The position numbers were made by a program, and so were the translations under genes. This document shows positions 25,905 to 32,000 of a DNA stretch of 32,000 nucleotides, piece by piece. The stretch comes from Ferroglobus placidus DSM 10642 (GTDB taxonomy: Archaea > Halobacteriota > Archaeoglobi > Archaeoglobales > Archaeoglobaceae), in assembly GCF_000025505.1 (NCBI RefSeq), contig NC_013849.1, positions 1,200,001 to 1,232,000 on the forward strand. Direction: 5' to 3'. Under the pieces are notes generated by a model. It was not told where the DNA came from. It searched no databases and saw nothing but the letters and a program-made list of their open reading frames with translations. Numbering within the stretch: the first letter of the stretch is position 1; each line of letters opens with the position of its first letter.

Positions 25905-27826
25905 TGTACTCTCCCGGATTCCTCAGGAGAATGTATTCGAGAAAGTATTTGAAGAGTAGAGAAAAATACGAGGAAATAGAAAGAGTTCTCACTCAGGCAA
26001 GATTGCCCATAACTGTTTATGAGCTGTTAGCGGCGGCTAAGTTTTACGGAATTATCTCTTTCCTCATCAGCAGTTTTATCGGAATTCTAATTTTCAGAGC
26101 AATTCCGCCTTTCGTTGTTGATTTTTTGATTTCGAAAACAACCTCTTATCTTCCTTTGGAGGTCGTTAATTTTGAATTCCCGAGTTTAGACTTTTACATC
26201 GATGGAGAGAAAATTATCGCTTCGGTAAGAAATTACTACTGGCTTTTTGGGATAGTCTTCGGCTTTTTTGGATATAAGTTAACAAGCTATCTGATTCTCT
26301 CGTATCCGTACTACGTTAAAAACAGAAGAAAGAGCGAGATCGATTTGTATCTACCCCACGCGGTAAACATGATGTACGGAATGGCTGTCGGAGGATTGAA
26401 TCCGATAGATATTTTCAGAGAAATATCGAAGCTTGAACATCTTTTTGGGGAGTTGAGTGTCGAATTCAAAGAGGTCGTTAAAAACTTTGACGTATTCAGG
26501 CAGGACTTTTTCACGAGTTTGAGGATCGTTAGGGATACAACACCGAGTAAAAAGCTTTCTGCATTTTTGGACAGCCTGATTTTGGTTTTACAAGGAGGAG
26601 GGAAGTTTTCAACTTATTTAAAGTCCAAATCCGAAGAGTATGAAGAAGAGCAGGAAATCGTGTTTGGCGAGGTTATGAACTTTATGGAAATCCTATTTGA
26701 AATTTACATATCGATATTCATGCTCTTCCCCCTACTGCTTTTAATAGTGCTCGTCGTCTCTAAAATGGTTTCAAGCGAGATTATGTGGGGTTATTCAAAT
26801 TTGATTTACTTAATTCTACCGATTTCGTCAGCTTTCATAATATATCTCGCAAGATCAACGATCCCTCTACCGAGAGTGGCGATAAAACAATTTTTTGAGG
26901 AAATTCCGTCGATTAAAGTGAACGTCAGTGGAGAAGGGAGGAGGTTTAAAGTACTCAGAATTAAAAAGCTCCTGAAAAAAATAGTCTCATTTACTTTGCA
27001 TCCCTATCGAACAAGCCTAATATTTCTGAATATGAGAATCGTAACGATTCATCTCCTCCTCTACTCAGCTGCGGCGTTTCTGCTTTTGCGAAAGTTTGGA
27101 ATTACGTTGAGCGAACATTACGTTCTCCTGATTTTCCTAATACTCTTCCTTCTCACGTTTATCGTGGAATTAAAAAACAAAATCTTGAGGAAGGCTGAAG
27201 AGAAGCTGCCGGAATTTTTCGAGGAATTGGCAATGCTCAACGAGTCGGGAGTTTCCATTTTCGAGGGAATAAAGCTTGTGGCAAAATCTGAAGCGGGAAT
27301 TCTCTCTAAGGAATTTGAAGGGATAAGTAGGAGTGTAGAGTTGGGTGAGCCGATAACAAAATCTCTTTCAAAACTCGTAGTGAGGATAAAAAGCGATATT
27401 TTTGCCAAAGCCGTACCTATTGCCGTAAAAGCTCTCGAAACGAGCACAAGCATAAAAGATGCTTTTATAACTGTCTCAAGGTACGTTGATTCGGAATTGA
27501 GCTTTAGAAAAAAGTTAAAATCGAATTTGATGCCCTACGTGGCAATAATTTATCTCACCGTCCTCGTGTTCCTGTTTGTGGCGTACTTACTGATTTCCAA
27601 GTTTTTGGTAACGTTTTCCGGAATGAGCGTAAATTTCATGGGAATACAAACTTCTTTCGACGTGAATTTGATAAAAGAGACTTTTATGAGAACGATTTTG
27701 CTCGTTTCAGCTCTTTCCGGAATTATAGCTGGAGCGATAGCGGAAATGAACGTGGGAAGCGGTTTGAAGCACGTACTTGTTTTAACCGCTGTATCTTATG
27801 CGGCGTTTAAATTCTTGATCGTTTGA
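25904..27826 (+). CDS. FlaJ/TadC-like polytopic membrane platform protein (T2SS-F family)
   Basis: About 640 aa with two cytoplasmic helical domains separated by TM blocks. It is translationally coupled to the ATPase gene (TGATG overlap). Confidence 0.75.
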   Translation: MYSPGFLRRMYSRKYLKSREKYEEIERVLTQARLPITVYELLAAAKFYGIISFLISSFIGILIFRAIPPFVVDFLISKTTSYLPLEVVNFEFPSLDFYIDGEKIIASVRNYYWLFGIVFGFFGYKLTSYLILSYPYYVKNRRKSEIDLYLPHAVNMMYGMAVGGLNPIDIFREISKLEHLFGELSVEFKEVVKNFDVFRQDFFTSLRIVRDTTPSKKLSAFLDSLILVLQGGGKFSTYLKSKSEEYEEEQEIVFGEVMNFMEILFEIYISIFMLFPLLLLIVLVVSKMVSSEIMWGYSNLIYLILPISSAFIIYLARSTIPLPRVAIKQFFEEIPSIKVNVSGEGRRFKVLRIKKLLKKIVSFTLHPYRTSLIFLNMRIVTIHLLLYSAAAFLLLRKFGITLSEHYVLLIFLILFLLTFIVELKNKILRKAEEKLPEFFEELAMLNESGVSIFEGIKLVAKSEAGILSKEFEGISRSVELGEPITKSLSKLVVRIKSDIFAKAVPIAVKALETSTSIKDAFITVSRYVDSELSFRKKLKSNLMPYVAIIYLTVLVFLFVAYLLISKFLVTFSGMSVNFMGIQTSFDVNLIKETFMRTILLVSALSGIIAGAIAEMNVGSGLKHVLVLTAVSYAAFKFLIV

Positions 27827-27967
27827 GGAGAAATTTCTCGTGAAGATAAATGAGGAACGATTTACCTCTTTTGCTAAAATTTCTGGATTTTTTCAGAGCA
27901 TGGGTTAAAATCGGGAGAATTCGGAGGAATTGAATGGAAAAATCGAAGAGTGTAATGTAGCGATAAT

Positions 27968-28016
27968 TTCCACAGGAAACAAAGGGGTGGGAGGGTAACA
28001 AATCGTGATAGATTTT
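27968..28016 (+). repeat. 49-bp element, copy B
   Basis: ttccacaggaaacaaaggggtgggagggtaacaaatcgtgatagatttt. It sits immediately upstream of a TTTATAT box and the DUF167 gene. Confidence 0.85.
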
Positions 28017-28022
28017 CTTTAT

Positions 28023-28331
28023 ATGCTGTGGAGTAAATGGACTTCAATGGGGGACTGGCTTGAGGAGGTTGAGGAGGGAGTAATTATTACGGTTCATGTA
28101 ACTCCCAGCTCTAAGAAGAACGAAATCGCGGGATACGATCCTTGGAAAAAGGCTTTAAGCGTTAAAGTGAAGGCTCCACCGGTTGAAGGAAAAGCGAACA
28201 GGGAGTTAGAAAAGTTTCTCAAAGAGTATTTCGGAAAGAATGTGAAGCTCGTTTCGGGGGAGAAGAGCAGAGTAAAAAAAGTTTTAATAGTCGGTTGTAG
28301 CAGGGAAGAAGTTGAAAAGCATGTTGGATAG
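28023..28331 (+). CDS. DUF167 / YggU (UPF0235) family protein
   Basis: VIITVHVTPSSKKNEIAG...LSVKVKAPPVEGKANRELEKFLKEYFGK...VKLVSGEKSRVKKVLI is the family signature. The start is uncertain (ATG 28023 or 28047; the ORF-track GTG at 28005 lies inside the repeat). Confidence 0.75.
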   Translation: MLWSKWTSMGDWLEEVEEGVIITVHVTPSSKKNEIAGYDPWKKALSVKVKAPPVEGKANRELEKFLKEYFGKNVKLVSGEKSRVKKVLIVGCSREEVEKHVG

Positions 28332-28701
28332 GGAATCTTACTTAAGACTGCTTAAACTACTGGACGAGCTGTCTGAAAGAGCTGAAAACGGAGCGGTGAT
28401 ATTGGTTGAAGGTAGAAAAGATAGGGAAGCTTTGAGGAGAATCGGAATCCCCGGAGAAATCGTTGCAATTTCTCAAAAAAGCTTTTCCGAAATTTGCGAT
28501 TCTTTTATGGGGAGGGAGGTGATAATTCTTACAGATTGGGACGAGAACGGAAAAAAGCTTGAAGGAAACTTGAGGGCTATTTTCCACAATGCAGACTTCC
28601 ACATAAGGGAGGAGCTTATAAAAATACTTGGTAAGTGGACGACGAGAGTCGAGGACATTCCAAAGCTTCTTAATTTTTTCGAGAGAAACATTAAAATTTA
28701 A
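28321..28701 (+). CDS. Small Toprim-domain protein (UPF0292-like)
   Basis: ILVEGRKDREALRRIGI (Toprim Glu) and VIILTDWDENGKKL (DxD). It overlaps the DUF167 stop. Confidence 0.75.
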   Translation: MLDRESYLRLLKLLDELSERAENGAVILVEGRKDREALRRIGIPGEIVAISQKSFSEICDSFMGREVIILTDWDENGKKLEGNLRAIFHNADFHIREELIKILGKWTTRVEDIPKLLNFFERNIKI

Positions 28702-28723
28702 AGTTGAAGAAGGAGTATGGTAA

Positions 28724-29413
28724 ATGGAGAGAATTCCTACTGGAATTACAATACTCGATAAGAGACTTGGTGGTGGCTTGCCAGCTGGCACTATGGTCTG
28801 CATTTTTGCCAATCCAATCGCAATGCCCGAAGTTTTCCTTCATCAGTTCGCTTCTGTCTACGCAACTTTCTACTTCACAACGGTTAGACCGGCTAAGTAC
28901 GTTAGAGAGAACATAGAGAGTATGGGGTTTGACGTCGATCACATCGAATTCATAGACGTTTTCGAGAAGTACTACTTAAGCGAAACTGGAGCTTTCGTTG
29001 TTGAGGACATGTACAGAGATAGAAACATCTTCGACTTCGTCGATGCAAAGCTTTCGGAGATATCCACGGAAAAGCACGTGATAATAATTTTCGACAACCT
29101 CTCTTTCTTTTTGAAGCTAAACGTTCCTGTCGGTTTGAAGGAGTGGTTGATAAATAAGATTTACGTAACGACTAAAAACGTGGAGGGAATCTCGTACTGT
29201 TACGTGATAAAGAACATCCATCCGAAAGACTTGGAGAGCCTCGTTATAGATTTATCAGATGCGGTTTTTGACATCGATGTTGAGAGGCACGGAGACAGGA
29301 TAGTGAACAGGCTCGCCATTCCCAAGGTTAGGAACATGCAGCCGATAACTGAGACCTTCCGCTACTACATCAGCGAAGGAGTGCAGATAGACACTTCGAG
29401 GGACATCGCTTAA
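28724..29413 (+). CDS. KaiC/RecA-superfamily (FlaH-like) protein with a degenerate P-loop
   Basis: IPTGITILDKRLGGGLPAGTMVCIF is the canonical KaiC/FlaH N-terminus. The expected GxxGxGK(S/T) is replaced by ANPIAMPE. The Walker B-like strand VIIIFDNLSFF is retained. Confidence 0.65.
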   Translation: MERIPTGITILDKRLGGGLPAGTMVCIFANPIAMPEVFLHQFASVYATFYFTTVRPAKYVRENIESMGFDVDHIEFIDVFEKYYLSETGAFVVEDMYRDRNIFDFVDAKLSEISTEKHVIIIFDNLSFFLKLNVPVGLKEWLINKIYVTTKNVEGISYCYVIKNIHPKDLESLVIDLSDAVFDIDVERHGDRIVNRLAIPKVRNMQPITETFRYYISEGVQIDTSRDIA

Positions 29414-29448
29414 AAAATCTTATAAATCCACTTTTGAACTCTCGTTAG

Positions 29449-29919
29449 ATGCTGAAGCCGAGGAAGTTTTTTCTAACAGCCGGTGTTGGCTTTCACGAGG
29501 ATCCTCTCGTGAGCTTCGAACTCGCTTTGAGGGATGCGAAGATAGAGAAATTCAACTTGGTTCCGGTGAGCAGCATAATTCCACCGGATTGCGTTCGTGT
29601 TAGCTTGGAAGAGGGGTTGAAAGAGCTTTCTGCTGGAGAAATCGTTTTCTGCGTGATGGCAAAACACTCGAGTGGAGAGGAGGGAAAGAAAATTTACGCT
29701 GCCGTTGGCGGAGCTAAACCCATTAGTGGTCACGGGTATTTGGTGGAGTACTCGGGAAACTACTCTGGAGAGGACTTGGATTCGTTTGTTAGAGAGCGAG
29801 CGAGCTATCTCGTGGAAACGAGTCATGGAAAAAAGCCAAATGAGGTTTTTTCGATATCGAAAGTGGCGGAAGTTAAAAAAATAACGACGGTTGTGGCGGC
29901 AGCAGTTTTTGTAATCTAA
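29449..29919 (+). CDS. pdaD: Pyruvoyl-dependent arginine decarboxylase
   Basis: FFLTAGVG...NLVPVSSIIPP contains the Ser-Ser self-cleavage site typical of PdaD. 156 aa. Confidence 0.85.
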   Translation: MLKPRKFFLTAGVGFHEDPLVSFELALRDAKIEKFNLVPVSSIIPPDCVRVSLEEGLKELSAGEIVFCVMAKHSSGEEGKKIYAAVGGAKPISGHGYLVEYSGNYSGEDLDSFVRERASYLVETSHGKKPNEVFSISKVAEVKKITTVVAAAVFVI

Positions 29920-29932
29920 AAAATAAAAATAT

Positions 29933-31135
29933 TTATTCGAGTTCTGGTTTTTCCCACACGTATGGCGCTTCCCACGGAGGCAGTATTTTCACTAAAATCG
30001 CCAGAATTACGAACGGCAAAGCCATTATTGCTAGAGCTATGCTGAGACTTTCTGGACCAAAGACGGGCATTATGTAGTAGGAGTACCCCATGTAGGTCTT
30101 TGAAAGGATCTGTCCCCCAATTACGACGTTCCACCTCATAGCGAATACTCCTATGAGTGTTAGAACTGTAGCGAAGATGTAGAGGTACTTTCTGACGTTG
30201 AACTTGAATATTCCGGTCTTTGCTATTAGCAGGAGAATTATTGGCACGAGAGTTCCGAAGAATATCTGAATTATTACGAACGAAACGAATATTTTGTCGG
30301 AGATTAATGTGACTATTGCGTCAAATCCCTCTTCTTGGGTGTAGAAGATGTGTATGAGCTCCATAGCCTCAAGACCGAGGTCGAGGATGTAGCTGTAGAG
30401 CAGATATCCGGCTAAAGTGTCAGTACAAGCTTTATCAGGCTCTACTCCTCTTATATAACTGCTTGCAATGTAGATCAGAAGGACCAAGGCAATTCCGGAA
30501 ACCATAGCCGAGAAGAGGAAAATTATCGGCATCAGTGGCGAACTCCACCATATGTTTGCTTTTACACTACCAAAGATAAATCCAACGTAACCGTGTAGAA
30601 GCGCTGCCGATGGCAAACCGACTATAGTTACAATATTGACGACCCTTTGATCGGCTTTTAAAGCTTCTTCGCTGTCGTCCCACTCTCCGAGGGTGAGAAC
30701 TCTGTATATGAACCCACGAATTCCCTTGTACTCTTTAGCCCACCTGATGATATCCCTCCTGTAATCGTAGTAGATTTCCGTGAGAAGAACGATTAGTAAA
30801 TACCAGGCGTAAACGAAGCCGAAACCAGCCATCGCTGAAGTTAGGTGCGGTGTAGTCATGATCTCAAAAGCTCTCTCCGGTCGTCCAAGGTGGGCGACGA
30901 GTGGGAGTGGTGCGCAAAGGAGGAATGCTAATGCTGTTAGCAAAGCAAGTCTGTAAGTTGGTTTCACAGCCTCAACTTTGAAAATTCTTTCGAGCGAGGC
31001 GACTATGAAAGCTCCTGCCACCAATCCCGTGATGTAGGGATAGACGGCTATGAGAACACTCCAGTTAATTTCCACCTCGTTGGGATAAATGAATCCTTCA
31101 ACGTGCTTTAACGCCTCCCAAAGAATCTCGCTCAT
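29933..31135 (-). CDS. NrfD/PsrC/DsrP-family integral membrane quinone-interacting subunit
   Basis: 400 aa with about 10 hydrophobic helices. It lies immediately downstream of, and abuts, a Tat-targeted FeS subunit gene. Confidence 0.75.
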   Translation of the reverse strand: MSEILWEALKHVEGFIYPNEVEINWSVLIAVYPYITGLVAGAFIVASLERIFKVEAVKPTYRLALLTALAFLLCAPLPLVAHLGRPERAFEIMTTPHLTSAMAGFGFVYAWYLLIVLLTEIYYDYRRDIIRWAKEYKGIRGFIYRVLTLGEWDDSEEALKADQRVVNIVTIVGLPSAALLHGYVGFIFGSVKANIWWSSPLMPIIFLFSAMVSGIALVLLIYIASSYIRGVEPDKACTDTLAGYLLYSYILDLGLEAMELIHIFYTQEEGFDAIVTLISDKIFVSFVIIQIFFGTLVPIILLLIAKTGIFKFNVRKYLYIFATVLTLIGVFAMRWNVVIGGQILSKTYMGYSYYIMPVFGPESLSIALAIMALPFVILAILVKILPPWEAPYVWEKPELE

Positions 31136-31891
31136 TTATCTCACCTCTGAGTCGAGACCGATGTAAAACACCTTAGGCTTCGTTCCCATTTCAGGCTTTA
31201 AAACCTGAATTCTGTTCTCTTCCAGAATCTTATGGATCTCATCATTGGGATCTTTAAGATCTCCGAACTTTCTTGCTTGAGTCGGACAAACTTCAACACA
31301 TGCTGGCTTATATCCTTTCGTTACTCTGTGGTAGCACCACGTGCATTTGTCAGCAGTTCCCCTTCTGCTCTCTCTCGGACCATCAAAAGGATACAGATAT
31401 CGAGCTCCGTAAGGGCAGGCTTGAATGCAGTATCTGCAGCCTATGCAGTATTTCTCATCAACCAGAATCACACCATCTTTTGTTTTGTACGTCGCTCCAA
31501 CTGGACACACCTGAACGCATGGCGGACGGTCGCAGTGGTTGCAGAGCTTTGGAACGAAGTAGGACTTTGCTATAGCCCTCTCGTCGTAAATTGTCGGAAA
31601 GCCCTCCATACCTCCGTTGGGAGAGTCAACTTTCGGCTCCTTCTCTTCCTTCAACCAAACCCATCTCTCAACCCATGTTCTGAAGTAAAAGGGAAGCATC
31701 GGAACCTCGTTTTCTATTTTACAAGCCCTTACGCACCTTCCACAGCCAATGCACTTCCTCGTATCCACAACGAACGCGTAGTAGTGTGCGTTCCAGTCGT
31801 AGTCTTCGGTTGGTTCCGCAAAAGCTCTCCTTTTTATTCCGAAAATCCCGAATAAAGCTGTGAGAGCGAGCAAGAACTTCCTCCTCTTCAT
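31136..31891 (-). CDS. Tat-exported 4Fe-4S cluster subunit (HybA/NrfC/DsrO-like)
   Basis: Twin-arginine leader MKRRKFLLALTALFGIFGIKRRAFA. Ferredoxin-type clusters: CIGCGRCVRAC, CNHCDRPPCVQVCP, CIGCRYCIQACP and CTWC...CVEVCP. Confidence 0.85.
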   Translation of the reverse strand: MKRRKFLLALTALFGIFGIKRRAFAEPTEDYDWNAHYYAFVVDTRKCIGCGRCVRACKIENEVPMLPFYFRTWVERWVWLKEEKEPKVDSPNGGMEGFPTIYDERAIAKSYFVPKLCNHCDRPPCVQVCPVGATYKTKDGVILVDEKYCIGCRYCIQACPYGARYLYPFDGPRESRRGTADKCTWCYHRVTKGYKPACVEVCPTQARKFGDLKDPNDEIHKILEENRIQVLKPEMGTKPKVFYIGLDSEVR

Positions 31892-32000
31892 TCAGTCACA
31901 CCTCCCTTGAACACCCACGGCGAATGCGGATCGTGACACTCTACGCACATTCTACCGTATCCGTGCTCGTCGGTAAACTTCTGCGGAAAACCGGCTGGAC
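31888..32000 (-). CDS. c-type cytochrome, C-terminal 36 codons (5' part outside the window)
   Basis: My minus-strand translation is ...PAGFPQKFTDEHGYGRMCVECHDPHSPWVFKGGVTE*. It contains a CxxCH haem-binding motif. The stop overlaps the FeS gene start (ATGA). Confidence 0.6.
   Translation of the reverse strand, partial: PAGFPQKFTDEHGYGRMCVECHDPHSPWVFKGGVTE

Noticed and set aside
27827-28004. Small ORFs after flaJ as candidate pilins (27-codon plus-strand ORF starting near 27850; 64-aa minus-strand ORF 27807-28001)
   Set aside because: Neither has a class III signal peptide or a hydrophobic N-terminal helix. The region is more likely a terminator/promoter spacer that contains repeat copy B.
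17731-28016. The 49-bp inverted repeats as terminal inverted repeats of a composite transposon
   Set aside because: The flanks show no target-site duplication (ggttt vs ctttat) and there is no transposase. The enclosed DNA includes essential genes (glyS, tRNA-Arg).
28321-29413. Toprim protein plus ATPase-like protein as an OLD/PARIS/Gabija-style defence pair
   Set aside because: The Toprim protein is a small (126 aa) UPF0292-type protein that I recall as broadly conserved in archaea. The partner lacks a P-loop and is KaiC/FlaH-like rather than ABC/AAA-like. The flanking genes (DUF167, pdaD) are housekeeping. The resemblance is only superficial.
1-32000. CRISPR arrays, rRNA genes, and introns in the two tRNAs
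   Set aside because: I saw no regularly spaced short repeats and no rRNA-like sequence. Both tRNAs fold as continuous cloverleaves without an intron.

Overview
This is a densely packed archaeal chromosomal window. Gene content suggests a hyperthermophilic, Archaeoglobales-like euryarchaeon: TFS, archaeal-type GlyRS, PdaD, tungsten AOR, FlaI/FlaJ and a cytochrome c/FeS/NrfD module. That assignment is my inference and no database was consulted. I support about 43 protein genes and 2 tRNAs. I saw no rRNA, CRISPR array, integrase or transposase.

Gene content, left to right:
- 1-2200: ZPR1 3' end, a vapBC toxin-antitoxin pair and gene debris next to tRNA-Ser(GCU).
- 2298-4147: GNAT, TFS, Nudix and PHP genes.
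- 4187-6025: a tightly coupled archaeosortase, phosphatidylserine decarboxylase-like and phosphatidylserine synthase-like operon.
- 6042-9079: LeuA/CimA, a radical SAM enzyme and a WrbA-like flavoprotein.
- 9189-14397: a polyhydroxyalkanoate (PHA) locus with a MaoC/PhaJ hydratase, an AbrB-type PhaR-like regulator, a phasin-like protein and two class III PhaE-PhaC pairs.
- 14507-17678: GpsA-like dehydrogenase and an AOR plus polyferredoxin operon.
- 17938-18474: a 5'-truncated second MaoC copy and tRNA-Arg(CCG).
- 18623-21571: a 751-aa protein with a type IV pilin-like signal, Ig-like repeats and DUF2341/LamG, followed by a HEPN/MNT pair.
- 21712-24113: glyS and a UPF0148/UPF0147 divergent pair.
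- 24366-27826: a FlaI/FlaJ-like pilus assembly pair.
- 28023-29919: DUF167, a Toprim protein, a KaiC/FlaH-like protein that has lost its P-loop, and PdaD.
- 29933-32000: an NrfD / Tat-FeS / cytochrome c module.

Most notable structural signals:
1. A 362-bp perfect direct repeat (partial maoC duplication) brackets the 8.3-kb PHA and AOR segment.
2. A 49-bp element occurs twice in inverted orientation, 10.2 kb apart. Each copy is in the same orientation just upstream of an operon start.
3. A sharp GC drop begins inside the 3' part of the 751-aa gene and runs through the HEPN/MNT pair.
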